From Salpingoeca rosetta (lineage: Eukaryota; Protista; Choanoflagellata): a stretch of DNA of 64,000 nucleotides. Below the pieces are notes generated by a model that ran no database searches, was not told where the DNA came from, and worked only from the letters and a program-made list of their open reading frames with translations. The position numbers and the translations under genes were made by a program. Positions 1 to 28,700 of the stretch are shown piece after piece; positions within the stretch are counted from its first letter, which is position 1, and the number at the start of each line of letters is the position of its first letter. Location of the stretch: assembly GCA_033442325.1 (NCBI GenBank), contig JAWQFM010000026.1, forward strand, positions 120,463-184,462, given 5' to 3'.

Positions 1-17
1 CATACAATCCCACCCCC

Positions 18-90
18 CATCCATCCATCCATCCATCCATCCATCCATCCATCCATCCATCCATCCATCCATCCATCCATCCATCCATCC
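18..90. repeat. (CATC)n intronic microsatellite
   Basis: Perfect tetranucleotide run visible in the sequence. Confidence 0.95.
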
Positions 91-112
91 ACCCATCGTT
101 CCACCACTGCAG

Positions 113-2504
<2,392 letters not shown>

Positions 2505-2812
2505 TCATCGCATCATCGTCATCCTTGGTTGTCGTTGTGTGTCACCTCTTCCGTCGCCGCTCCTCGCTGCTTCTCTGACACCTTCATCTTCTTGTTCTTT
2601 CTGTCGTAGTAGTTGACTTGTTGCTTGCGTGCTTGCTTGCGTGCTGTGATTACCATTGTCACGCCACATCATTTCCACCTGCGTTTGTTGTTTCTTGGTT
2701 TGCTGTTGTCTTGTTCATTGGCAGTACAATACACACGGCACTCTCTTGCTTCCACCGGTTGTCCTCTTCTCGTCAATTACACGCACGCACGCACGCACGC
2801 ACACACACTTTG

Positions 2813-3493
2813 CTACGCGTCGACAACGTCGCCTGTGTCAAAGTCCATGAGGTGTGCCGTGTGGCCGCAGCTGGCAACATATGAGAGCAGCGCCGGAGCA
2901 GAGATGGCGAGCGTGATGTCGTTGCCAGATGTCGGGTGCACGAGGATGTCGTTGACCTTGCCAGCGGCGATCATGGCACGATCAAAGTACACGTGAACGC
3001 GATGCTCCTTGTCGTTGATGAGTCCAAGCGAGGTTACAGCGCCGCCTTGCAGACCTGCACAGCCAACCACACGCCATTCAGTGGCAGTTGAGAAGAGTTT
3101 GAAAGGAGCGTGTGACAACGGGCAGTGTGATGGGAGCATGGACATGGCAGACGGGCAGCGGGAATATACCCTCGACACAGCCACCAACACAGGTGCCCAG
3201 GGTGTGATGTGAAGGGTACATACAACCAGTGTCCTTCGTCCAAGCCGCCCCCAACAACACGAACACACACACACACACATACACACACACACACACACAC
3301 ACATCCACACACATCCACACACATCCACACACACACCGAGCGTTTCTGTGAGCGTCTCTGGTCGAGCCATGCGCAGGTTCTTCACTTGCAGGTGCTTTTC
3401 AACCATGCTGAGAGATACGACAGTGTCTGCCAGCGCCGTGACCAGCACCAGCGTGTCTTTCTTCTTCGCCTGATGTGGAGAAGGCAGAAGTGC

Positions 3494-3572
<79 letters not shown>

Positions 3573-3717
3573 AGAGTGAGCGAAAGTTGGGCACATGTGT
3601 GTGTGTATGCGTCAGTCACACAGTGAGACACACACACACACTCACCTTGCGAAGACTCTCTCCACTGTGGAGGCCCGTGTGTTCGTACCAAACAGGTGCC
3701 ACGAGGCACGCGCTCCA
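2813..3717 (-). CDS. YbaK/ProXp-ala (PrdX)-like aminoacyl-tRNA editing domain; visible exons 3717-3646, 3469-3337, 3054-2813; upstream exon(s) lost in the gap
   Basis: Translation WYEHTGLHSGESLRK|AKKKDTLVLVTALADTVVSL..KNLRMARPETLTETLG|LQGGAVTSLGLINDKEHRVHVYFD..ILVHPTSGNDITLAISAPALLSY resembles the PrdX pattern (EH.., KK..LVTA, LG..G.VTP..L.ND, HP..N..T..I...L). Confidence 0.72.
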
Positions 3718-3842
3718 CTGTCGAGGCCAGTGTGAATGTACATAAGCATGCATACGCGCGTGAAAGGTAAATGACCTCGTGAAACAAGACGCCGCACTTA
3801 CAGAGACACACACATGAACACACACACACACACACACACACA

Positions 3843-4744
3843 NNNNNNNNNNNNNNNNNNNNNNNNNNNNNNNNNNNNNNNNNNNNNNNNNNNNNNNNNN
3901 NNNNNNNNNNNNNNNNNNNNNNNNNNNNNNNNNNNNNNNNNNNNNNNNNNNNNNNNNNNNNNNNNNNNNNNNNNNNNNNNNNNNNNNNNNNNNNNNNNNN
4001 NNNNNNNNNNNNNNNNNNNNNNNNNNNNNNNNNNNNNNNNNNNNNNNNNNNNNNNNNNNNNNNNNNNNNNNNNNNNNNNNNNNNNNNNNNNNNNNNNNNN
4101 NNNNNNNNNNNNNNNNNNNNNNNNNNNNNNNNNNNNNNNNNNNNNNNNNNNNNNNNNNNNNNNNNNNNNNNNNNNNNNNNNNNNNNNNNNNNNNNNNNNN
4201 NNNNNNNNNNNNNNNNNNNNNNNNNNNNNNNNNNNNNNNNNNNNNNNNNNNNNNNNNNNNNNNNNNNNNNNNNNNNNNNNNNNNNNNNNNNNNNNNNNNN
4301 NNNNNNNNNNNNNNNNNNNNNNNNNNNNNNNNNNNNNNNNNNNNNNNNNNNNNNNNNNNNNNNNNNNNNNNNNNNNNNNNNNNNNNNNNNNNNNNNNNNN
4401 NNNNNNNNNNNNNNNNNNNNNNNNNNNNNNNNNNNNNNNNNNNNNNNNNNNNNNNNNNNNNNNNNNNNNNNNNNNNNNNNNNNNNNNNNNNNNNNNNNNN
4501 NNNNNNNNNNNNNNNNNNNNNNNNNNNNNNNNNNNNNNNNNNNNNNNNNNNNNNNNNNNNNNNNNNNNNNNNNNNNNNNNNNNNNNNNNNNNNNNNNNNN
4601 NNNNNNNNNNNNNNNNNNNNNNNNNNNNNNNNNNNNNNNNNNNNNNNNNNNNNNNNNNNNNNNNNNNNNNNNNNNNNNNNNNNNNNNNNNNNNNNNNNNN
4701 NNNNNNNNNNNNNNNNNNNNNNNNNNNNNNNNNNNNNNNNNNNN
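3843..4744. other. Assembly gap (902 N); other gaps at 8664-8763, 16572-16798, 20532-20631, 22722-22821
   Basis: Runs of N, each adjoining a microsatellite. Confidence 0.99.
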
Positions 4745-4765
4745 GTGTGTGTGTGTGTGTGTGGT

Positions 4766-4833
<68 letters not shown>

Positions 4834-5061
4834 GGTGTGGGTGTGGGTGTGGGTGTGGGTGTGTGGGTGGGTGGGTGGGTGTGTGGAAGGAGGTGAGCAA
4901 ATGACTGAAAGAGTGGAAGTGAGGAGGGAGACATATAGGAAACGCGTAAAGGCGAGCGGATAGATGGAAGCGCATGCACAGCTGCGACGAAATCGTGGGG
5001 TAGACACATGACAAACGCGGCGTGCACAGCCAGAACTCAACATTGTGCCAACGTTGCCAAC

Positions 5062-5398
5062 CTTGAAGGTGGTGAGGAAGTAGTGGGAGTACATGAGGAC
5101 GTGGATGAAGCTGTTGATAAAGGCGCCAAGAGCAACATCGCCGCTGCCGGAGAGGCAGATGTACGCAAAGGAGATGATGGTGATGGAGGAGTGATGGTAC
5201 ACGTGCAGGAAGGAGAGCTGGTTCCACTTGTGGCGCAGGATGAAGATGAAACTGTCAAGAAACTCCCAGAACCTGAGAAGACAGGCACAAGAACGTGTAC
5301 ACGTGTGTGGACATGTGTAAACATGTGTGTGCGTGTGAGTGTGAGTGTGAATATGTGAGTGAGTGGGTGTGTGTGTGTGTGTTGTGTGAACGTGTGTG

Positions 5399-5446
<48 letters not shown>

Positions 5447-5840
5447 TGCATCGAAACGCAGCATGTAATGGTGAGTGGAGCAAAGGAGCATGGTGTGTTC
5501 AATGCTATCAACAACAACTTAAACAACAACAACGCACGTGTGCAACGCACTTTTGAATATAGTAGAGCCAGATGAAGCAGAGCAGGTGCTTGCCGCCCTC
5601 CGTGCGGGCGTCCATGCGTTCACCGTTGCCGTAGTAGGAGATGAAGCCATAGCGGATGCAGTTCATGATGATACCGTAGCACACGGCACCAGCGAGGATA
5701 ACACACGACAGGTTGTACGCCCTGTAGAGATTGAGTGTCAAAAAAAGAGGTGAGAGGTGAGGACGCCAGCCCGCACCAACACGCCGGCACAGCAAGACAG
5801 ACAAAACAGCACCACATGCACCTTAGCCACGCATGTTCAC

Positions 5841-5878
<38 letters not shown>

Positions 5879-6332
5879 ACCGCATGAAGTTGGTGAGCTG
5901 CAGGGGAGCGCGGTTCCTCATGATGAGGTACAACACCGCGAGGGTCACAAAGTAGAAGACATTGCCTGCGGTTGTGATTGTGATTGTGGTTGTGATGTGA
6001 TGTGAGCTAGCTGCGAGCTGTGTGACAAAGCGCAGCTGCAACGCAGACGGGGTACGCCGGTCGAGAAAAAGAGCAAGCAAGCGCACTGAACAAGCAATCT
6101 CACTGAGCAAGCAAGCGCATTCAAAAAAGCAAGCGCATTCAAACAAGCAAGCGCATTCAAACACACGGTCGTGCACATTCAACAGGCGCATCGCACCGGC
6201 TGCGAGGAAGGTCGGGTTGAGGCCAAAGTGCGACTCAAGGTGCCCGCTCTCATACTTGGGGCCAAGCGCAGAGATTTCCCGCTCGAAGCTGTCCACAAAC
6301 TTCTGCACGTCCAATCGCATCAACTCCATCAT
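5062..6332 (-). CDS. ELO/GNS1-SUR4 fatty acid elongase, 5' exons 6332-6197, 5965-5881, 5721-5551, 5272-5062; 3' end in the gap
   Basis: Spliced motifs YYIQK|FWEFLDSFIFILR, the HxxHH box SFLHVYHH, and NSFIHVLMYSHY. Splice phases are consistent. Confidence 0.92.
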
Positions 6333-6721
6333 TGTGATGTGGTGCTATTGAAGAAGCAAGAAAGGGAGAGGGGGGTGGTTCTGTGTGGAGCGCGCGTGTG
6401 GGAACAGTCGATGGAAATGAGGGTGGCGTGAAGCAAAAAGGCACACACTGTGCGGCGTTGTGGGCGTTGTAAGCGTGGTGTGGACACGTGTGCGTGGGGT
6501 GTCATCAAATTTTAGACCAACAATAAGCATTGTGGAACAGATTCCATGCGCAAACAACGCCCAAGTCAGTGCCCGTCAGTTTTTCTGGCCACTGCCAACC
6601 AAGACAAAAGTCGTTTTGTTTTCTTCTTGTGCCTGCAAGCAAGCAACCAGCAACAGCGAACAAGACAACAAGTGCTCCTCCTTGTCGTCCTCGATTGACC
6701 TGACGCTTCACCGTCGCCATC

Positions 6722-14969
<8,248 letters not shown>

Positions 14970-15405
14970 CAACCTCATCTCCTGCCACACCTGTACGCCT
15001 TCCTTCCCATGCTGTCACTTTTCTTCATCTCCTCCACTTTCACATGAGTGCTTCCACTTACCTTCCACGAAGCAACGGTTGTTTGGTTTCTTTCTCCTTC
15101 CTAACTCACTGCCGTGATTGCGTACATCCTTGCGTTGTTCTCCTCCTTCTCGTGCACAACACACGTTCAACTTTCGAAGGCCTTGATGCCCGCACTGCTG
15201 TTGGTGTTGCTGTGGTGTGTTTACTGCGCTCCCAAATTAGCAAAAGCACTGTGTGGTGCAAAAGTGCTTCATGCTGGATGTGAGGAACGAACAAGCCAAG
15301 CAAGATGCACGTGCAACTGGAGAGAGAGGAGAGGGGAGAACGAGAACAACGGGCGAAGTGCTGAGGGAAGAGGAACGAGAGAGTGTAAGAACAGCTGAAG
15401 GGGTA

Positions 15406-15522
<117 letters not shown>

Positions 15523-15596
15523 CTGAGGTGGTGTGAGGGGCACCGCAGCATAGCAGCACCGCAGCGATGGGTAGTGGACCACTGCCAACACGTTGT

Positions 15597-18731
<3,135 letters not shown>

Positions 18732-18948
18732 CGTCGCTGTTGGTGTTTTGGGGTTGTGCGGCTTGGGGATAAGTTGTTGAAGATGATCACTAATTTTCCA
18801 TTGCCTGTTTTGCCCCGTGTGTTGACCAATTCGACACGCAGCGCACGTTTGGCAAGCATCAATCAAGCAATCAAGCAAGCAACAAGACAACACACTAACA
18901 CACCCACACGCTCTTAGGCTCTGTTGTACTGTTGTACGCACACGCACC

Positions 18949-21027
<2,079 letters not shown>

Positions 21028-21361
21028 CCCACCTTGTGCCCGTGCACATGCGTTTGATAACTGTCGAAGCAGCTCTTGTGTTGGAACTGAGGCCTTGTTG
21101 CTGTTGTTGTGGCTGTTGTGACTCTTGTGGTTTTGTTCGTGTTGCAGTTTGAAGCGACGTTCGTGCTTGGGGTTAGGGGTTGGTTGGCGATGTTGACTGG
21201 AAGAGGCTAGGCGACAGTGCAATGTTGGTTCGCACGTGTTTTTATGTATGTACATGTACGTGTGTGTGCGTGTTTTTTTTTTCTGTTTTGGGTATTGTGG
21301 AGGCTCGAAGCATGTCGTTCGATTTGAGATGGGGTATCGGCTTCCACTGTTGCTTTCCCCT

Positions 21362-21417
<56 letters not shown>

Positions 21418-21600
21418 ATTGCTGCTGCCCGCCACAGCAGAACATTCGAACACGAGCACCAAGCAAGCAAGTGACATGAGAGGCAACCTCACGACCAAAT
21501 TATTGCATTTCAAAACCTTGGCGGCGACGGCGCAATTTCTGAGCTGTCATCTGAGACAGCGAGTGGGACACAGCAGTGGTGGCGAAGGACAGCGATGACA

Positions 21601-21703
21601 GCTGATTGGCCTGGCTGGTGGTTTTGTGTGCGCGAGCAAGGCTTGCTTGCTTGCTTGCACCAGCGCGGCAGTGAGCAAGAGCCAATCAGAGCAGGGTGGC
21701 GGA
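21601..21703. promoter_or_regulatory. Two oppositely oriented CCAAT (NF-Y consensus) boxes plus a GC-box-like motif upstream of the long GAR gene
   Basis: GCTGATTGGCC at 21601 (reverse complement GGCCAATCAGC) and AGCCAATCAGA at 21680, followed by GGGTGGCGGA. They lie about 330-420 bp before ATG 22020. Confidence 0.5.
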
Positions 21704-22019
21704 GCAAAGCAACACGCGAAGCAAGCAACACGCGAAGCAAGCACACTCACACGAAACAAGGAGGAAGACAAGCAAGAAGAACAAAGCCGCACTGCAGTGC
21801 ACTGCGCATTCACCCACCCACTCAGCAGCACGCACTGGCTGACCGTGAGTGAAGCGCAGCAGAGGTCGCAGAGGAAAGCGAGCACCCGCAGCCACAATCC
21901 CAATCCAGCAAGAGACACGACCGAGCAAACAGCAGAGCAAGGTCGGCGTGCAGCCAGGCAGAGGAGGAGGAGAAAGTTCTCCCCCCACCCACCTGCTCCC
22001 AAGCACCATAACCGCAACC

Positions 22020-22246
22020 ATGTCGTCTGACGACTCGCCAATCGACGTGGCTGCGCTCTCGCGAAAGGCAGAGCAGATTATCCGCGAGCTGGCAGAAGGC
22101 CAGGAGACGTTCGACTTCACAGAGGAGGTTGCCGAGTATGAGAACACAATCTCCTCGCAACGCAAGCAGCTTGACACCTTGTACCATTGGCTCGCCGAAC
22201 ACGCACCCGACGGCTCATGGAAGGAGGTGCGTTGTGTGTGTGTGTG

Positions 22247-22318
<72 letters not shown>

Positions 22319-22659
22319 TGCGTGTGTGTGTGTGCGCGCGCGTGTGTGTGTTGTGCATGCTCGCGTCACTTTCCCTCCCCTTTCCCCATTTCCATGCACC
22401 CAACTGTTGACATCCTCTGCATCCCATTCACTTCTCTCTTCCTCCTCTCACATGCTCCGCAATGCTGCAATGCGCCCCTCTCCCTCCTTCGCCCACTTCC
22501 CCTTTCCTCCTCTTCACGATGTCACGTGCAGGGCCTCGATGCAGAGTCGCTCAGTAACATTGGTCAGTCATCCATTTGCGAATGCACAACACCCTCTCTC
22601 GTGTCGTCGCTCCTGCATGAGGCTCCCACTGTACTACGACCCCTGCCACTCGGTTTCAT

Positions 22660-22703
<44 letters not shown>

Positions 22704-25700
22704 GCACACACACACACACACNNNNNNNNNNNNNNNNNNNNNNNNNNNNNNNNNNNNNNNNNNNNNNNNNNNNNNNNNNNNNNNNNNNNNNNNNNNNNNN
22801 NNNNNNNNNNNNNNNNNNNNNCATGTGTGCGTAGCGGTTGTGGAAGGCCTGCACGGGCGCATCGCGGAGCTGCGGAGAAAGCTGAGGGCCCGCCAACGCC
22901 GCCAACAAGGAGCAGCAGGACGACATTGCGCATCTGAAGCAGCAGCTGGAAGCAGCAGAGCAGGCCGCCGCCGCCGCCAAGAAGGAGGCCGAGGTGCTCC
23001 GGGCAGAGTCGCTCAAGCAGGAAGAGGCGGCAGCAGCGGCGGCAGCAGCGACCAACGGCGACACCAAGCGCCTCGCAGCCGAACTCGCCGCCGTCAGGGA
23101 CGAGCTGCACCACAGCAAAGAGATGCGGACGAAAGAGCGCGAGGCATTTGAACAGCGTCGAAGCGAGCTGGAGGAGGAAATGAGGGAGAGCAAGGAAACA
23201 CACCAGGCAGCCGTGGCGGCGCACAAGGAACGCGTTGCCACGCTGCAAGCCATGGTGGACGAGCAGCAGGCGGCTGCTGCAACCGCTCAGCGCACACACG
23301 ACAGTGACGTGGCCTCACTCAACAGCACCATCGCGCAGCTCAATCAACGGCTCAATACAGCGGCGGAGGAGGCTGAGAAGGACGCAGCGGCGAGCGCGGA
23401 GAAGCAGCGCAAGACGCAAGGTGCGCTTGAGGAGACGCAGAAAGCGCTTGAGGAGGCGCGGAAGGGCGCTGATACGGCAAGGCGGGAGCTTGAGGAGGCG
23501 AAGCAGGCGCATGCCGGGGAGGTGAAGCGGCTTGAGGGCGCTGTTGCTGAGGCAGCGCGGGAGGAGGAAGCGCTGCGGGCGCAGCAGAAGAAGCTGCAGG
23601 AGCTGCGGGAGGAAGACAAGCGAGCCATGGACGAGGCACTTGCGGAGAGCAAGGCGACGCACGGCAAGGTGCAGGGCGAGCTGAAGGACCGCATTGCCGA
23701 GCTCGAGCGCCTTGTCGGGGAGGCGCGTACGCGGGAGACGCAGGTGCGTGAGGAGCTTGATGCGCAGCTGCGGAGCGTGCGCGTTGAGCTTGAGAAGCAG
23801 CAGGAGGCGGCTGCGGCGAGCGACCAGAGCGCGGAGGTTGCGCGGCTGAAGAAGCTGTGCGGGGAGAAGATGCGCGAGGTTGGCGAGCTGCAGGAGGCGC
23901 TTGATGCGAGTGCGAGCGCGCGCAGTGAGCTTGAGGGCGAGTTGCGGCGAGCACAGGACGGACAGCGGGAGGCTGAGAAGGACGCAGCGGCGAGCGCGGA
24001 GAAGCAGCGCAAGACGCAAGGTGCGCTTGAGGAGACGCAGAAAGCTCTTGAGGACGCGCGGACGGAGCTTCGGCTTCGGGAGGCCTCGCTGACGCAGCTT
24101 GAGCAGAGCCTGGGCGAGCGTGAGGCGGAGCTGAGTGCGAGCGAGGCGGCACTTGGTGCGGCGCGCGATGAGGCGTCCAAGGCGGCAGCGGAGGCGAGCA
24201 GCGCTGGGGAGCGAGCGCGTGCTGCTGAGGCGTCTGCACGGGAGCTTGAGGAGCGCGTTGCTGAGGCAGCGCGTGAGCTTGAGGTGAACCGTGCGGCGTG
24301 CGCGAAGCAGAAGGAACTGCGTGAGCAGACGCGGGAGATGACGAGCGCTGAGTGCGAGCGAGCGACGTACGAGACCGTGAAGACCGAGCAGGCGAAGCGA
24401 TTGCGGAGCTCGAGCGCCTTGTCGGGGAGGCGCGTACGCGGGAGACGCAGGTGCGTGAGGAGCTTGATGCGCAGCTGCGGAGCGTGCGCGTTGAGCTTGA
24501 GAAGCAGCAGGAGGCGGCTGCGGCGAGCGACCAGAGCGCGGAGGTCGCGCGGCTGAAGAAGCTGTGCGGGGAGAAGATGCGCGAGGTTGGCGAGCTGCAG
24601 GAGGCGCTTGATGCGAGTGCGAGCGCGCGCAGTGAGCTTGAGGGCGAGTTGCGGCGAGCACAGGACGGACAGCGGGAGGCTGAGAAGGACGCAGCGGCGA
24701 GCGCGGAGAAGCAGCGCAAGACGCAAGGTGCGCTTGAGAGCCTGCAGAAGGAGCACGAGCGCGCGCGGACGGAGCTTCGGCTTCGGGAGGCCTCGCTGAC
24801 GCAGCTTGAGCAGAGCCTGGGCGAGCGTGAGGCGGAGCTGAGTGCGAGCGAGGCGGCACTTGGTGCGGCGCGCGATGAGGCGTCCAAGGCGGCAGCGGAG
24901 GCGAGCAGCGCTGGGGAGCGAGCGCGTGCTGCTGAGGCGTCTGCACGGGAGCTTGAGGAGCGCGTTGCTGAGGCAGCGCGTGAGCTTGAAGTGAAGCCGT
25001 GCGGCGTGCGCGAAGCAGAAGGAACTGCGTGAGCAGGACCGGCGGGAGATGGACGAGGCGCTGAGTGCGAGCGAGGCGACGTACGAGGCCGTGAAGACGG
25101 AGCAGGCGAAGCGGATTGCGGAGCTCGAGCGCCTTGTCGGGGAGGCGCGTACGCGGGAGACGCAGGTGCGTGAGGAGCTTGATGCGCAGCTGCGGAGCGT
25201 GCGCGTTGAGCTTGAGAAGCAGCAGGAGGCGGCTGCGGCGAGCGACCAGAGCGCGGAGGTCGCGCGGCTGAAGAAGCTGTGCGGGGAGAAGATGCGCGAG
25301 GTTGGCGAGCTGCAGGAGGCGCTTGATGCGAGTGCGAGCGCGCGCAGTGAGCTTGAGGGCGAGTTGCGGCGAGCACAGGACGGACAGCGGGAGGCTGAGA
25401 AGGACGCAGCGGCGAGCGCGGAGAAGCAGCGCAAGACGCAAGGTGCGCTTGAGAGCCTGCAGAAGGAGCACGAGCGCGCGCGGACGGAGCTTCGGCTTCG
25501 GGAGGCCTCGCTGACGCAGCTTGAGCAGAGCCTGGGCGAGCGTGAGGCGGAGCTGAGTGCGAGCGAGGCGGCACTTGGTGCGGCGCGCGATGAGGCGTCC
25601 AAGGCGGCAGCGGAGGCGAGCAGCGCTGGGGAGCGAGCGCGTGCTGCTGAGGCGTCTGCACGGGAGCTTGAGGAGCGCGTTGCTGAGGCAGCGCGTGAGC

Positions 25701-28700
25701 TTGAGGTGAGCCGTGCGGCGTGCGCGAAGCAGAAGGAACTGCGTGAGCAGGACCGGCGGGAGATGGACGAGGCGCTGAGTGCGAGCGAGGCGACGTACGA
25801 GGCCGTGAAGACGGAGCAGGCGAAGCGGATTGCGGAGCTCGAGCGCCTTGTCGGGGAGGCGCGTACGCGGGAGACGCAGGTGCGTGAGGAGCTTGATGCG
25901 CAGCTGCGGAGCGTGCGCGTTGAGCTTGAGAAGCGGCAGGAGGCGGCTGCGGCGAGCGACCAGAGCGCGGAGGTTGCGCGGCTGAAGAAGCTGTGCGGGG
26001 AGAAGATGCGCGAGGTTGGCGAGCTGCAGGAGGCGCTTGATGCGAGTGCGAGCGCGCTGCAGTGAGCTTGACGGCGAGTTGCGGCGAGCACAGGACGGAC
26101 AGCGGGAGGCTGAGAAGGACGCAGCGGCGAGCGCGGAGAAGCAGCGCAAGACGCAAGGTGCGCTTGAGGAAGACGCAGAAAGCTCTTGAGGACGCGCGGA
26201 CGGAGCTTCGGCTTCGGGAGGCCTCGCTGACGCAGCTTGAGCAGAGCCTGGAGCGAGCGTGAGGCGGAGCTGAGTGCGAGCGAGGCGGCACTTGGTGCGG
26301 CGCGCGATGAGGCGTCCAAGGCGGCAGCGGAGGCGAGCAGCGCTGGGGAGCGAGCGCGTGCTGCTGAGGCGTCTGCACGGGAGCTTGAGGAGCGCGTTGC
26401 TGAGGCAGCGCGTGAGCTTGAGGTGAGCCGTGCGGCGTGCGCGAAGCAGAAGGAACTGCGTGAGCAGGACCGGCGGGAGATGGACGAGGCGCTGAGTGCG
26501 AGCGAGGCGACGTACGAGGCCGTGAAGACGGAGCAGGCGAAGCGGATTGCGGAGCTCGAGCGCCTTGTCGGGGAGGCGCGTACGCGGGAGACGCAGGTGC
26601 GTGAGGAGCTTGATGCGCAGCTGCGGAGCGTGCGCGTTGAGCTTGAGAAGCAGCAGGAGGCGGCTGCGGCGAGCGACCAGAGCGCGGAGGTCGCGCGGCT
26701 GAAGAAGCTGTGCGGGGAGAAGATGCGCGAGGTTGGCGAGCTGCAGGAGGCGCTTGATGCGAGTGCGAGCGCGCGCAGTGAGCTTGAGGGCGAGTTGCGG
26801 CGAGCACAGGACGGACAGCGGGAGGCTGAGAAGGACGCAGCGGCGAGCGCGGAGAAGCAGCGCAAGACGCAAGGTGCGCTTGAGAGCCTGCAGAAGGAGC
26901 ACGAGCGCGCGCGGACGGAGCTTCGGCTTCGGGAGGCCTCGCTGACGCAGCTTGAGCAGAGCCTGGGCGAGCGTGAGGCGGAGCTGAGTGCGAGCGAGGC
27001 GGCACTTGGTGCGGCGCGCGATGAGGCGTCCAAGGCGGCAGCGGAGGCGAGCAGCGCTGGGGAGCGAGCGCGTGCTGCTGAGGCGTCTGCACGGGAGCTT
27101 GAGGAGCGCGTTGCTGAGGCAGCGCGTGAGCTTGAGGTGAGCCGTGCGGCGTGCGCGAAGCAGAAGGAACTGCGTGAGCAGGACCGGCGGGAGATGGACG
27201 AGGCGCTGAGTGCGAGCGAGGCGACGTACGAGGCCGTGAAGACGGAGCAGGCGAAGCGGATTGCGGAGCTCGAGCGCCTTGTCGGGGAGGCGCGTACGCG
27301 GGAGACGCAGGTGCGTGAGGAGCTTGATGCGCAGCTGCGGAGCGTGCGCGTTGAGCTTGAGAAGCAGCAGGAGGCGGCTGCGGCGAGCGACCAGAGCGCG
27401 GAGGTCGCGGGGCTGAAGAAGCTGTGTGGGGACAAGATGCGCGAGGTTGGCGAGCTGCAGGAGGCGCTTGATGCGAGTGCGAGCGCGCGCGTTAGCTTGA
27501 GGCCGAGTTGTGGCGAGCACAGGACGGACAGCGGCAGCCTGAGAATGACGCATCGGCGAGGGCTGATAAGCATCGTATGACGCAAGGTGCGCTTGATGAG
27601 ACGCAGAAAGCTCTTGAGGACGCGCGGATGGAGCTTTGTCTTCGTTAGGTTCGCTGACGCATCTTGAGCAGAGCCTGGGCGAGCGTGAGGCTTAGCTGAG
27701 TGCGAGCGAGGCGGCACTTGGTGCGGCGCGCGATGAGGCGTCCAAGGCGGCAGCGGAGGCGAGCAGCGCTGGGGAGCGAGCGCGTGCTGCTGAGGCGTCT
27801 GCACGGGAGCTTGAGGAGCGCGTTGCTGAGGCAGCGCGTGAGCTTGAGGTGAGCCGTGCGGCGTGCGCGAAGCAGAAGGAACTGCGTGAGCAGGACCGGC
27901 GGGAGATGGACGAGGCGCTGAGTGCGAGCGAGGCGACGTACGAGGCCGTGAAGACGGAGCAGGCGAAGCGGATTGCGGAGCTCGAGCGCCTTGTCGGGGA
28001 GGCGCGTACGCGGGAGACGCAGGTGCGTGAGGAGCTTGATGCGCAGCTGTGGAGCGTGCGCGTTGAGCTTGAGAAGCAGCAGGAGGCGGCTGCGGCGAGC
28101 GACCAGAGCGCGGAGGTTGCGCGGCTGAAGAAGCTGTGCGGGGAGAAGATGCGCGAGGTTGGCGAGCTGCAGGAGGCGCTTGATGCGAGTGCGAGCGCGC
28201 GCAGTGAGCTTGAGGGCGAGTTGCGGCGAGCACAGGACGGACAGCGGGAGGCTGAGAAGGACGCAGCGGCGAGCGCGGAGAAGCAGCGCAAGACGCAAGG
28301 TGCGCTTGAGGAGACGCAGAAAGCGCTTGAGGAGGCGCGGAAGGGCGCTGATGCTGCAAGGCGGGAGCTTGAGGAGGCGAAGCAGGCGCATGCCGGGGAG
28401 GTGAAGCGGCTTGAGGGCGCTGTTGCTGAGGCAGCGCGGGAGGAGGAAGCGCTGCGGGCGCAGCAGAAGAAGCTGCAGGAGCTGCGGGAGGAAGACAAGC
28501 GAGCCATGGACGAGGCACTTGCGGAGAGCAAGGCGACGCACGGCAAGGTGCAGGGCGAGCTGAAGGACCGCATTGCCGAGCTCGAGCGACGCCTCGACGC
28601 CACCAGCGATGACAGCAAGCACCGTGAATCCGAGCTTGCAAGCAAAGCACAGGACCTTGAGCAGCAGCTGGCAGCCCTTCGTGCCGTCAGTGAGACAGAC

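Noticed and set aside
2813-5550. 804-aa and 644-aa ORFs spanning the N-gap as proof of a single protein
   Set aside because: Their continuity is an artefact of translating N as X.
6106-6162. Three 18-bp AAGCAAGCGCATTCAAA repeats as a regulatory array
   Set aside because: This is a short intronic minisatellite with no other support.
23372-28588. Tandem array as CRISPR, satellite or transposon
   Set aside because: There are no spacers, terminal repeats or transposase/RT motifs, and the units are in-frame coding sequence.
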